Shown: positions 36,266 to 49,659, counted from the whole stretch's first letter. The stretch: 63,975 nt of DNA, filler included, from Octopus bimaculoides (GCF_001194135.2; 5 parts of 5 records of this genome joined end to end with filler, not necessarily neighbours in it), one strand, 5' to 3'. Made by a program: numbers and translations. Notes: generated by a model from the letters alone, not told the origin.

Positions 36266-38539
36266 TTTTTAGATAGGATAGAATCTGAACTTATGAATAT
36301 CGACTTGCCTTAATAAAATAATAATAAAAAAATTTATGTATAAAAATCTCAGTTTTCCACTTTAGTTCGATTTGATCAACTTAAAGTTTAAGCGTAAAAT
36401 TCTTTCTACTTTGGCATCTTAGTGATTCACAGGTTTAGCATCGTATTCGAACTTATTAGTAGATTTGCCTGCCAATGGGACCCACCCATCTGCACTCTTT
36501 TAGATTGGTTGCTTCCAGTTAGATTATGATTCAGAATGTATAGATAGAGCTCTCTCTGAACCATACTATCAACTCTGTTGTTCCCAAGGTTCAAGTTTGT
36601 TCCCTACACAATTCTTTCTATATACATCACCTACACAGATGTTTATTTATTTATCCCTAATTATTTATTACTCCCTAAAATCTCGCACCCAGGAATCACA
36701 CACACGAAACCAACACATCTCACGCTAATTAAGTAATGACTCCATGGTAGGAGACTTCAAATAATCTTTATCTCAACGCATGAAAAGCGTGCATTCTGAA
36801 CTAACATCCCTACAAAGTCTAGGCCTAACTTATCCTATCAACCAAGATGATTTATATGGGCAGGAAAGGAAAATTTCTCGAAGGTGGAAGACATTATTTT
36901 GGCTTGAGACTAAAAGTTATCAACTACAATTTGGGAGGCTTCAATGCTTACAGGCTTCGCGAATTGGATAATTGTTTAGGGTCTGCGGTACAGGCTAAAC
37001 ATCACCTAGTTTGTAGAAGTGGGTGATTTATGCGTATAATGCTAAGTTTACAGTATATATATATATATATATATATATNNNNNNNNNNNNNNNNNNNNNN
37101 NNNNNNNNNNNNNNNNNNNNNNNNNNNNNNNNNNNNNNNNNNNNNNNNNNNNNNNNNNNNNNNNNNNNNNNNNNNNNNNNNNNNNNNNNNNNNNNNNNNN
37201 NNNNNNNNNNNNNNNNNNNNNNNNNNNNNNNNNNNNNNNNNNNNNNNNNNNNNNNNNNNNNNNNNNNNNNNNNNNNNNNNNNNNNNNNNNNNNNNNNNNN
37301 NNNNNNNNNNNNNNNNNNNNNNNNNNNNNNNNNNNNNNNNNNNNNNNNNNNNNNNNNNNNNNNTGTGTGTGTGTGTGTGTGTGTGTGTATTCTAAAAATT
37401 CAAATTATTTTAAAGTATCATGTTGCCTTTGTGAAAATGGAACAGCTACAAGAGAAGGAGGATGTGTATATCTCTACATGTGTTTGCTGAAATCGTGCAA
37501 GTATCTGTTTGCATTCATTCTGATGTTTCTGTTAGAGTCTGTACGTCAGCGATTGACTGTATGTGCATTTGTTGTGTTTTGAAGATGTAAAAATATTTGT
37601 TTAAATCAAATATGGGTTTGAGTGTCTCCCAGCATGACTGTACATTTAAGTACCAAATATATATGATTGTGTGAATGACGTTTGTGTGTTTGTATGTACG
37701 TGTGTGCCAGAGGATCTCTTATTTTTAGTAACATCTTTTAATAATAGAAATTGATAGGTGACTCTTTAAAAGTAAATACTTGATGTATAAGAGGAACGGG
37801 TTTATTTTAGAAACTGTAACGAGTTGGGCTGTTGAGTGTAAAGAAATACTAAACTACTACCGCCACTACATCGACAGCGACAACAACTTCTTACTTTGAA
37901 TATTTTCGATTCATCGTGTTATATTATCTGTTGAAAATAACTCGCACTTAACGCAAACTAAATTACTGACAATATCAATAACGAAGGACGTTATTGGTTC
38001 AAATGTTTGAGTCTTGTAATTCGTTGCGAAACTTTCTACGGCTCTTTCTGCCAATATAACTTATAGTTTCTTCGTTTATATAACGAACATTCAATTCGTG
38101 AAAATGTTACCAGAAATTTAATGGTCGCCGATTTTGTGTATCATTTATTAAATTACTCGTCTCTACAGCGACATTTCCTGGGATGCATACTGGGAGGCGC
38201 CATACCATGAGTTTGGGGTCTTTCAAATACAAAGAATGTCTGTTATGATGTCGCTTCATTTTCAGAATTTAACTGCTGAAAGCCTAAACTAACTTCTGTG
38301 AAAATTTTGTTGCAACGGATATAATCAATTTGCTACCCTTTTTGTTATAATAAGCAAAGGCATGTAAAGAGCCATCTTGTGAGATGGAAAGATAGTGGAT
38401 AACATTAATGACTACCTACTAAAATTGTTCCTTGACCAGGAACTAGGAGTATGTTAAGGTCTAAGCGCTCAACTTCTGCACTAAAAATTAGGGGAACTTC
38501 CGTACCCCTGCGTACCACCCCATTTCCACTTACTGTCTC

Positions 38540-38990
38540 TTCAGTTAACTGTGTCCCTCTCTTCTAGATACGTACAGTCGTGGATGCTAGGATTATTATA
38601 CATTATGAGGAGTTTTTAATAGTTTTCTCGAATCACAGTCTACAGAATTTAGCTCCGCTACTTTCCAGTCAGATACCATAGACCTATGATGATATAATTG
38701 ATACAGAAAATGTGCTGCTGGCAAGAGGGAATTCTTGGTATTGATTTTACAAGCAGCTATGTTCAAATATTTGTAGAATGTAAAGATTTTCAGTTCGTTT
38801 ATTACCCCACCCAAACACTGGAGTTTCAAATCATCTGTTCCACTGACAAATCTGCTTCGCTTGTTGTCATTTCTTCTGCTCAGAAGACATCTTAATGTCC
38901 TCGTTAAACTGCTTGACAATACTGAGGAAACTGCAGGACTGTTTACGGCGCTCAAGAGTAGATCAGTCAATAAGAAGAAATACTAGAAGA
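38540..38990 (-). mobile_element. R4/Dong RT C-terminal fragment
   Basis: DWKVAELNSVDCDSRKLL...HPRLYVSRREG on the minus strand. Confidence 0.65.
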
Positions 38991-39081
38991 GCCCACTCCT
39001 CTCTTCCCTATATAATATCCTAAATTAACTATTTGAATGAGCCAACTTGAATGTAATAAGTATAAGACAAAGAGAAGCCTA

Positions 39082-39783
39082 GAAGTGTAGCGTGTGATCG
39101 TTGCATTGAACATGACAGAGAAAGTTGAGCGGAGAATTTGCATCAAACCTTGCCAAAAGCTTGTCGATACCTGCTCAGAGGCCTACGCAAAGTTTTCAAA
39201 AAGTTTTCATCGTTCTCGATACAATCAACGAGATCTTGCGCAACTGAAACCCTAGAGAGGTTTTGGCAGAAACTTGGCAGACACTCGTCTCATACCCAAA
39301 TCTCCAGTGATAATGGACTGAACTGAACCGTAACTAATCTGCACATCCTCTGATAACTCATGGATAGTGATTCGACGATTTCGCCTCACAGTTGCACGCA
39401 CATCTGCAATGTTTTTCTCAGTTCTGCTGGTTGCGAGTCTCTCAGAACCTTCGTCAATATCGACATTTTTCGGCCAGCTTGGAAACGTCTGAAGCACTTG
39501 AAAACTTGTGTGCTGCTCAGACATTCCTCTCCATATACTTTCTGCAACTTTGCATAGACCTCTGAGCCGGTGTCACCATGACAACTTTCTCTGTCATGGT
39601 CAATGCAACGATCACACGCTACACACCTTCCTTTCAAGCATTTCTGTAAACAGCGGAAAGAGCTAGAACGTTAAAACTTAGTGAACATGCACAGCGGAGT
39701 TCAAGGTCAGTCTGTGCCTTTACTCTGCGTGTTTTTGCTTCGTTGCTATAGCAACAGTCCGGATACTTATTGATCAGTCCTCG
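39082..39783 (-). mobile_element. Mariner derivative, same family and same internal inversion as 26028-26670
   Basis: TA|CGAGGACTGATCAATAAGTATCCGG TIR; VYGEECLSSTQVFK.F.RFQAGR; ends in an inverted MTEKVERRICIK segment. Confidence 0.88.
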
Positions 39784-40514
39784 TAATGTATTGTGATATG
39801 AGTCTATAAGTCAACAGCGAAGCGCATCAAACCAGCCTGTTACCTCGCCTTCTTTTCAGCTTTCAAAACTAGGCAGACACAGCCATATATATTGTTATAG
39901 TTGATGGAAAGCACATCATTCCACACATCAGCCAAAGCCTCCTGCAAATGTTCTTTCGAGAGCATATGAAAGTGTCATCATTTTTAGCAATACAATGTAG
40001 CCTCTCTTTTTGCCAGCTCCTTTATTTGTTGCTGGCTCAAAGGCTATATTAGATACTATATTCTTAGATACACGACGTGTGGAAAAGGCGGGATGTTTAT
40101 AGCTGGGACATTTTTATTACAAGTTAGCTCAGTCAGGGCAAAGCTAAGGCTAAACAAAGGCTAAACAACAACAACAATAGGGGTTTACAACAATAGTAGG
40201 TGACAAGACATTACAGGGAATGGTTCATAATCGATTGTATCAAACCTGATACTGAACTTAAATTTATTTTATCTACTTGTTGTAGACCGCAGTTGATTTT
40301 AACTTATAACTCAAGAAATACTGACAAGTATTTAATCTGACGTAGTATTTCCTTGATTACCGAAAAAATAATTATCACGATAACAATAACTGTAATTGTG
40401 ACAACGCTATTATTACTTAAAATAACAAAAATGAAAGCTATGGCAGCAAATACCTCATGGGAAAATAAAAGCTTTTTGCTTAGCAAATTTGCAATTATAT
40501 AATACTGTTTTTAA

Positions 40515-40695
40515 ATTTAGGCACAAGGTCAGCAATTTCGGAGCCGGTGCTAAGTCACTTATTTTATCGGCCTCGAAAGGATGAAAGGAAAAGCCAACCT
40601 CGGCAGCATTTAAACTCAGAACTTAAAGACGGGAGAAATACCGCTAAGCACTTTCGTCTGGCGTGCAAACGATTTTGCCAGCTCGTTGCCTTTGA
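40515..40695 (-). mobile_element. SINE family A copy
   Basis: TTATCGGCCTCGAAAGGATGAAAGG...TTTAAACTCAGAAC...GCCAGCTCGTTGCC. Confidence 0.8.
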
Positions 40696-41239
40696 AATTT
40701 TATATTATCAGCTTTTAATGCTTGACTAATTTTATAGATGTGTACAACTAAAGACAGTTGTTTCTTCTTTTTTTTTCTGACGCATTCTCTAAACACGCAA
40801 TGGAGTAGAAAAAGACATTAAATATAATTACTTTTATGGTGAAGTGAAATCATGTCAAGTTTGACTTAGTCATTCATAGCTTCACGATCGATAAAACACA
40901 TACCAGTAACATACCGATGTTTATTCAATGTATTATGTCCATCCCTACAAGTTTGTGATTTGGGGCTAACGATTAGAAATCTTTATTAATAATATAAATC
41001 ATTATTGCTGTATTATTCGCAGTTCGAGAAACACATTGAGATTCCGTTCTTCAAACGAAAATTAGGTACATTTAGAGAACACCGTTTGAAATTACTAAGT
41101 TTTACAAGGATATTCACGATTAAAGTATGTTTTCAATGTGAGCCAACAACGGCTTACATTACAAGTAGGACCGAACGTTGGAAAGATTAATCCTAGAATC
41201 AGTATGGAGAAGACTGAACATTACAAAAGATGACCGACG

Positions 41240-41830
41240 ATCATAAAGATTAAAACACCAAAATATCGAGGCAGTAGACAGATTCTCTTATCTGGGTAAC
41301 ATCGTTAGTAACAACAACAATACTGAAACTGACATCAAACATGGAATTGGAAAAGCCGCGGCCGTAATTCCAGAAAATACCGACTCCGTTGGCCTGCACA
41401 CAAAGATCTTGTTCTGTAAGAGCATAGTTCTACCAACAGTTTTCTATGCCTGTGAAACATGAATGTGTACCACTTAAATCGACAGAGAATTAGATGTGTT
41501 CCACCAAAGACGTTTGGGAAGCATTCTGCGAACGTACTGGCAAGACGACACAATCAATGAAGATATTCTAAAGAGAGTGAAAATAAGATCACTATACGAA
41601 ATCATAACAGACTGAAGATTAAAACTAGCAGGTCACATACTCCGGCTACTTGAACAGCGCCTTTCAAAATTAGCTTTCAAATGGGACACCACTACAGGGA
41701 AAAAGAAGGAGAGGAAGACAGAAAACTACACGGCGCAGAGCATGCATAACTGACATGACAGAGGAAACCGCTGCATCAATTTGTTGCAAATGTGTTCGAG
41801 AGCACAGGAGGAAGTGAGACAATTTATAGA
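41240..41830 (+). mobile_element. RTE-clade LINE 3' remnant
   Basis: FSYLGNIVS...DIKHGIGKA...VLPTVFYACETW...FHQRRL..IL...LKLAGHILR. Confidence 0.85.
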
Positions 41831-42149
41831 CATACTTGTATGGACATATTACCTATACTCACGTTGTTGCATATATATTTATTTGAAAACTCAGAAAGTT
41901 GTAACGTAGTGTGTGTATGTATTTCTTTAAATATTGTCCCAGGGCAAATTAGAACTAAGCGACAGATGGAGTAATTCCGAGTGTTTGTTTCGATCTCGAA
42001 CTAAAACCAGTTCAGTTTATTATCTTAGTCTATAAGTTCTAGAATTCCAGACCACCAGGCAATAGGTTCATATTCAATCAATGCCATTTTCTTGTGTAGC
42101 AACTTTCCCATCTAAGAAGAGGCCATATGTTTATATGTATGGCTCTCCG

Positions 42150-42250
42150 ATTTTTTAACTATTATAAATCTTCCACTGAGGAGGGAGCCAGTTTCCAACA
42201 AAGAGACAAGGCTCCATCTTTGGGATGTAGTTAAATTTTGATACTATAGC
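42150..42250 (-). mobile_element. R4/Dong 3'UTR fragment
   Basis: The reverse complement of CCAGTTTCCAACAAAGAGACAAGGCTCCATCTTTGGGATGTAGTTA matches 13235-13285. Confidence 0.7.
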
Positions 42251-42271
42251 AAGGACTTTCTGTTTCTTATT

Positions 42272-42338
<67 letters not shown>

Positions 42339-42341
42339 ACA

Positions 42342-42441
42342 NNNNNNNNNNNNNNNNNNNNNNNNNNNNNNNNNNNNNNNNNNNNTTAATTAATTAANNN
42401 NNNNNNNNNNNNNNNNNNNNNNNNNNNNNNNNNNNNNNNNN
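42342..42441. other. Artificial 100-bp scaffold join spacer
   Basis: N44-TTAATTAATTAA-N44. Confidence 0.95.
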
Positions 42442-42991
42442 CCACCACCACCACCACCACCACTGATATAATCGTAATTTATACCATCTGAAACATATTT
42501 GTAGAAAATTTCGTTTAAAAATATCCATTTTCTTAAAAACTTATGAGGAAACAAATTCGAGGGAACACACGTTTATAGTCATGCTGAGCATCAACAGAGA
42601 TGTTAGAAAAAATATTATCGCGCTGTAAAAATAACTATGTCGCAACGAATTTATCTATTTTGTGATTTTCAGTTAAAAAAGAAACCTATAAACCACATTT
42701 TGAGAAAAAAACAATTCAAACTGGAATTTATAAGAATTTTCTACACATGATAGACTTTAATAATTGCTTTCTTATAGTAAAAGTTACATACTTCAAACTA
42801 ATGAACTATCAGCTTTATTATTGCCCTTATACTAACTTTCCCCTAGCTAACTTTTGTCTTTTTAATTTCTTTCTTGAAATTATTTACACTATTTTTAATT
42901 CAGTGGTATCCTCTTGTTTTTTTAAAATCTTTTTCGTTAATTACTTTATTAAAATATGATTACTATATTATATATAACTCTACTTCAACAG

Positions 42992-43280
42992 GTATCGGAT
43001 TATGCGGTTATGCTGGGCAGAAAATCCTCAAAAACGACCGACATTCACACAACTACGTCACCTACTGGAATATTTACTATCCAAAGACTGTAACTATTTG
43101 GAACTGGACAATATCAATGTGCCTTTAGCAGCTTCAGAAAACAGCAGTCCGCCTCAGTCTTTTGAAATCGATTTAGCCCCACCCCTACCTGAAAGACGTC
43201 AAATCCCCGAAATACCAGCAGACACCTCCCCAGAAGAGCTGTCAACAGAATTTCTCATCAGACGTGTGTACTCACAATAA
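42992..43280 (+). CDS. Terminal exon of a receptor tyrosine kinase (RET/FGFR-like; subdomain XI and C-tail)
   Basis: Acceptor tacttcaacag|G TAT (phase 2, the intron position recalled for RET/FGFR). YRIMRLCWAENPQKRPTFTQLRHLLEYLL matches CW...P..RPTF; NYLEL resembles RET DYLDL / FGFR EYLDL. Confidence 0.88.
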
Positions 43281-43621
43281 GACATATGTTGTTATGAAGA
43301 CTGAGAAAATGGAATGTATCCATTATTTCCACTGGGTTTGATCTAAATAACTGCCAAGAACAAAGGAGGAAAAAAAAAAGAAAGAAAATTACAGAAAAAA
43401 AAAAAAAAAANNNNNNNNNNNNNNNNNNNNNNNNNNNNNNNNNNNNNNNNNNNNNNNNNNNNNNNNNNNNNNNNNNNNNNNNNNNNNNNNNNNNNNNNNN
43501 NNNNNNNNNNNNNNNNNNNNNNNNNNNNNNNNNNNNNNNNNNNNNNNNNNNNNNNNNNNNNNNNNNNNNNNNNNNNNNNNNNNNNNNNNNNNNNNNNNNN
43601 NNNNNNNNNNNNNNNNNNNNN

Positions 43622-43672
<51 letters not shown>

Positions 43673-44105
43673 ATGCACACGTGCGCACAATGTTGCCGAA
43701 AAGGAAAGAAACGTACTCAATACATGATGTGAAGTTAATATCTCGAATGTATCTCGAAGTTGCCTATTCTAAATTCAGGTGACGTAGAATGAAGTGAACC
43801 ACCAGCTGATTCAATACATACATACATACATACATACATACATACACCGGATTTTACAGAAGATTTGCCAAAGATACATTCATTGGCACGCACGATTGTA
43901 CGTAAATATAGGCATGTGTACACACACACACGCACACACACACGCACACACACACACACACACACGCACGCGTAAACTGCATAAAACGAAACCTGTTTAG
44001 CTGTTCTCAACAATTGACAGAAATCCAATTCTCCGATTTTTCGAAATTATTTTTCCTCATTTATCATCATTAATTATTAACAGCGATAACAACACCAACA
44101 CCATC

Positions 44106-44143
<38 letters not shown>

Positions 44144-44689
44144 TAACAGCAGTGATTATTCCAACATAACCTCATTCCCAGTGACACCAACAAAACAAAA
44201 CAATTAGTTTCTCCCACATTATTTAAATTATATTGTTGTTAATTACATTTCTTAATTAATTACATCTTAATTCTATGTACACTCTACATATCCGGATATA
44301 TATATTTTTATTATATATATATACATTTTATATTTCGGTGATGTAGAAAAAGTCTGTTCTTTATTTTATTTTATTTTTTTTTCCTTTTTTTTTTTTTTTT
44401 TTTCTCAAGAGAAGATACAAAAATATTCTCTACGTAACAATTTTTTTTTTTTTTCGTATAATGTGTTTTATGTGTACCGAAATACGGCAAAAGAAATACA
44501 AAGGTGATCCCCTCTCCCATAGCCCTATCGCGGACATTAGAGACGAGAACGAAACCAAAATTAATTATCAAATAAATACCAATTAAGTGAACAAACAAAA
44601 AGAGATTTTTTAAAATCCAAAATGGACGAGCCGAGAACTGACTTGCCCTCTTACGTACTCTGACACCAACTCTGACTTCTTAGACATCT

Positions 44690-45420
44690 TATTACCACAT
44701 GGTTCTCTAGATTGTGTCCTTACCTTGGTTATTTGTACACGATCTCTACCCACGGTAGAGATCTTAAGGTTCTTTGTACAATAAGGTCTTAATAAGATCA
44801 TATATTTTATGACCTTTCTACGTTATGATCTTTCTGTAGTTCGTTCTTGAGTGTATGATCTTACATTAGCTCTTTGCACAAGGCGATCTTAACCACAGTT
44901 CTATATCGTACAGATAGCTTTGTACTTACTCGTAATGATCTTACCATAGCTCTTTGCAATGTATGATCTTCCCACAGTTCTATGTAATGCTATCTCAGCA
45001 CAAACGTTTGTACATTACGGTCCGACTGTTGTTCTTAATACGGTATGACCTTAATAACGGTCTTTGCAAAACATTATCTTAACACTGGTATGTGTACAGC
45101 ATGGTCTTATCACAGTTCTATGTACTTTATGATCTTACCGTATAGCAAGAACTTACCACAGATATTTATAAAGTATGTTTTTTTTTTAATACTGACCTTT
45201 ATATTTTGTGATCTTAATGCTTTTTACAGTATGACCTAAAAGTTCATTGTACAATACGAGCTTAGCATATATGCATAGAGTGTAACCTTACCATATTTAT
45301 TTCTACATAATGGTCTTACCAGAGCAGTTCTTTGCACAATATAAGTATACCACGGCGCTTTGGTTAACACGGTCTGATTTTACAAAATATCTATATGCTT
45401 CAATGTGGTATATGTAGTAC
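44690..45420. repeat. Ancient degenerate minisatellite, unit about 27 bp (approx. ATGATCTTACCACAGTTCTTTGTACA)
   Basis: GATCTTA/GGTCTTA and CTTTG(T/C)ACA motifs recur at roughly 25-30 bp spacing. Confidence 0.65.
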
Positions 45421-45829
45421 GAATTTATCACATTTTAAAGCATTTGATATCAGACTATGATGAGGTGAATTCATCAAACCCGTGGTTACATATGTTGTTT
45501 TTAACATGCATTAAACTATGATGATAACGACGACAATGACAATGATAATACGATGATGATGATGATGAGAATAAAGATAAAAATTAACGTAATTATGATT
45601 GGTAATCTAATGAAATGAGCGTAAGAAGCATGCGCGCTCAAAAACACAAGATAAATAATATTAATAAAAAAAAGCGAAAATTATAGAGATCAAAAATTAC
45701 ACTATTTGTGTAACACGAATACGAAAAACTAACAGAAACATAAAAAAAGGTAAAAAGCAAAGATTTCAGTTGTTGATGTGGATGGACTGAACGAAAGAGA
45801 AGGTTTCTTTTGAGATAAATGTATATATG

Positions 45830-46182
45830 AATATCGTGTATAAGTCGCGTGCCTAATTTCATGTTAAATCTTGGTACAAAATGTTTTCCTTTCATAGTTT
45901 TAGTATTGTCACGTGTATAAGTCGTATCAAGTTTTTTTTTTTTCAGCTAAAATTAGTATAAAATAGTGTTATTTATACATGAATAAATAGTTTCAGCTTT
46001 GCCCCGGATATAAATTGCAGCCCAGACACTTTTTTTTTCATAGTTAGAATCAAATAAAAAGCCCGACTTATATACACGTAAATAGTTTCAGCTTTGCTCC
46101 GTATATTAGTTGCATCTCAATTTTCTCAGTTGAAATCAAATATAAAATAGATCGACTTATACACAAAGTAACTACGGTACGA
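45830..46182. mobile_element. Probable pogo/Tc2-like MITE remnant
   Basis: Subterminal CGTGTATAAGTCG twice at left and inverted CGACTTATA(TA)CAC twice at right, ending in TACGGTA; internal AAATAGTTTCAGCTTTGC duplication. Confidence 0.5.
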
Positions 46183-46429
46183 TGTGACTGATAATGAGAC
46201 GTCGCTTTACAATATTTACTATCAATGGGTATTTAATTGTCCATTCGGTTACGATCACTTAAACTGGACCCTCACTTCCCTGCCTGACCAGATTTACTTA
46301 CAGATGTTCAGGCTGGGTCCCATTTGAACCAATCTAAAAGGGCCTGTAATTAAATAGGGAAACAGATAATAGGTATACCTTTCTGTAGACTTGATGCATT
46401 TATATTTTATTTGTCATTATTAAGCATTT

Positions 46430-46810
46430 GAAGGCAGCGAGCTAATAGAATCGTCCTTACGTTCTGAGTTCAAATTCAGCCGAGGTTGATTTTGCCTTTC
46501 ATCCTTTCGGAGGTCGATAAAATAAATACCAGTTGATCGCTGGAGTCGATGTAACCCACTTATCCCCAAACCCCGAAAGTGCTAGCTTGTGAAACCATTA
46601 TTAAACATCTGAAGGGTGTTAGAGCGTCGTACAATATCGTACAAGGCCTTGTACAATATCTTCCGGCTCTTTACACCGAGTTCAAATTCTGCCGAGTCGG
46701 AGTCAATAAAATAAGTATCAGTTGAGCAGAGGGAAGGGTGATGTGATCGACTAGCCCTCACCTCACCCCCAAAAGCTTGAGGCCTTGTGCCAAAATTTGA
46801 AACAATTTAT
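46430..46810 (+). mobile_element. Two tandem SINE family A copies (with internal deletions)
   Basis: GAAGGCAGCGAGCT...CTGAGTTCAAATTC...GGTCGATAAAATAAATACC; second GAGTTCAAATTCTGCCGAG at about 46678. Confidence 0.75.
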
Positions 46811-47459
46811 GTTACATTCCTGGCAAATTAACTCTTCAAAGAGATCTCTAGTTGAAGTTGGAGATTTTATGATTAAAAAATGAGCTTCCTTTCCAACAAG
46901 ATTATAAAGAAATCATTGCAAATGAGAGAAATCGACCATGACTAAAATTATGGCTTTTTGATGGCCTTGGAATTTTAAATAAACACTAGGCTTCAGCTGC
47001 ATGTTCTTAATGTAGCATTTCAAGCTAGATTCAAAAGTAGGAAGGGATGGGGTTCGCAGCATAAAGCAATGACGAAGACCGCCGCTGTTCTATATCAACA
47101 ATTGGTTAGAAAGCCCTGGATGCCACATCTAGTAACCATACAGAAACTCAGGAATAGTAAATAAGAAAACGAATAATGACACGTTTCAATGAAAATTTTT
47201 GAACCAACAACCATTCGAATGAGCACCAAATGAAAATATATTTGTATATATTATACAAGTTATCCTTCAAATCATCGAGCATAAACCGCTGTGCAACATC
47301 TACAAGGAACTCAATAGTCGTTTGACTAGAGTATGTGTGTGTGTGTGTGTGTGTGTCTGTTTTTTTATGTATATATGACAGATGTGTGTATATGTAGATA
47401 TCCATCTACCCTTCCATCTATCCATCCATCCATCCATCCATCCATCCATTCATCCATCC

Positions 47460-47685
47460 TCTCTGCTCACTATTCCTGGGAGAGTCGTGGCGGTTCTCGG
47501 GTACTTCCTCCGTAGGGTCTAACAGTCGCAATCATCATTACACTTTCCGGCTCCATTCCCAAGTGTGACTAACTGAGATTATGGATATTAACCAACCATC
47601 TCATTCTTGGTCTACCCCTAAGTTTCCTACCTATTGGCTCGGTTTGATGAATCTGTGCTGCTGTTCTTTCCTGACCTCTCAGAGC
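47460..47685 (-). mobile_element. RTE-clade LINE 3' remnant
   Basis: Minus translation EPIGRKLRGRPRMRWL. Confidence 0.6.
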
Positions 47686-49104
47686 ATATATGTATATATG
47701 CATATGGAGAGAGAAAACAGAACAAAACAAAACATAAGACTTTTTTTATAAGACATTTAGTTACATCGGCTTACGTGCATTTCATTAACATAAGGTGATA
47801 ATTAGTTATATACTGTATATTGCATAATCAAAACAATGTCAAATCGTCAGAGACGTGTAACATATATACGTAATATTACTGGCTTGAAACTGTCGTAGAA
47901 GTACTATTGGACGTATGTAACGTATGTCCAGTAGCACTTTGGTGTCAGATAGGGGACATAATTTACCAAAAAAATAGAGGGTGAGTAGACAGGAGAATGT
48001 TATTAGAACGTCCATGAAATAGATGTCTGGTCATTTTCCGATTGACAGTTTTATTGTTTCGTCTTAGGATTTACTTCGCTTGGGTGTTTATTTGGCTTAG
48101 ACTGGCATAAACTATTTGGCGACGAATACATAGATGTTTTCGTGTGTACGCGCGCGTGTGTGTGGTATCATAAATATATTTATCTACACATACAAGCATA
48201 CACTTACAACATACTTGTACATATGTGTATGTGCGTGTGTTGAATAGTGTTGAATGAATGAGAGTAGTGCTCAATACATGTTATAGAGTGTATAGGCAAC
48301 TGATACTGAATGCTTGCTTCATGAATCGAGTTGCATGCCATTGCAATCTTCAAGCGTTGTCGCCTGAAGATCGCAATGATGTACACACACCACACACACA
48401 AAAATTCACATATATATATACACATACATGTACATATACATATACATACACACATCTGTATATAGATACATATATGCATGCTTACACACACATACTCGCA
48501 CACACATGCACGCATATACACATATACATACAACTGCCCATTTGTCATATATTTATTAAATCCATTTCTTCTATAAACAGCATTGGTTCATAAAATCATC
48601 ACATAAAATTTCTCCGTTTTCCTTCCTCTCTTCTCTGATTCAATTCTTAAACGAACTGACTTATACAAATCACTCTGGGTTAGATGCGGTGAACTAAGGC
48701 AGGTATAGGACTAGAAGAGAGTAATCAGTCCTTAAAAATCCTTACACTAAATACATATTCTGTGCCTTCTTCGGGAAATTTCAATCTCGTGCTTAACGAG
48801 TTCAAGTAACAAAGGTTCAGAAATCACGTATGTTGACACCTTAATCAATTTAACAAGAATTGCGTTCTCTCTACCTCTCTCTCTCTGTATCTCTATCTCT
48901 CTCTTTATCTCTCTCTCTCTCTCTCTCTCACTCTATCTCTGTATCTCTCTCTTTCTCTCTGTCGGCTTGTGTGTGTGGGGGGAGCTTGAATGTAAGAAAT
49001 AGGAGCACAATTTCTTCTTAAAACAAGCGAGAACATTGGACTAATAGACTATCCTTGGGTGGTCTCTTGTTGGCACCCTGTGCTATACGTGGAGTTAAAG
49101 AAGG

Positions 49105-49285
49105 AGCGAGGAGGAGGAGGAGGAGGAGGAGGAGGGGGAAGAAGAAGAAGAAGAAGAAGAAGAAGAAGGAGGAGGAGGAGGAGGGGGAAGAAGAAGAAGA
49201 AGAAGAAGAAGAAGAAGAAGGAGGAGGAGGAGGAGGAGGAAGAAGAAGAAGAAGAAGAAGAAGAAGAAGAAGAAGAAGAAGAAAT
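49105..49285. repeat. (GGA)n/(GAA)n compound microsatellite
   Basis: Direct reading. Confidence 0.95.
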
Positions 49286-49659
49286 GGAAAATGTTGGAAT
49301 GGTCTGCGTTGGAATGCCTTTGACCATCAATATGCTAATGCTAGATCAGACATTTGTGCGTCAGTATTTATGTAAGCATTAAATCTCCGTAAAGAAACGT
49401 TGGTCTCAGAAACATCCAGTGTTCTGGTGCCTTAAACACGGCGAAGGTAAACTGCGATGACTCTTGAAATCTCCTCAGGTACATAAAACTTTTTCTATTT
49501 CCAATAAGAAATGGTCGTTAGAGACAGAGCAAGAGAAATTATTGCCTTTAATGGACAAAACACTTTTGTAATCGTTAGGGCCAGATTTCCGGTTTAAAGA
49601 TATCTTTCTCCCTTCCACCGGCGCTGTTATTCTTTCTGTCTTTTAACTAATATTTTTTA

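Noticed and set aside
38117-38300. RNLMVADF and DAYWEAP peptides resembling kinase motifs
   Set aside because: They are in different frames, lack DFG/HRD/GxGxxG spacing and run into stops.
45455-45490. ATGATGA-GGTG aatt CATC-AAAC hammerhead-like pattern
   Set aside because: C3 and G12 are missing and there is no stem I.
44690-46182. Repeat arrays considered as CRISPR-like
   Set aside because: Eukaryotic context, no identical repeats with unique spacers, and no cas genes.
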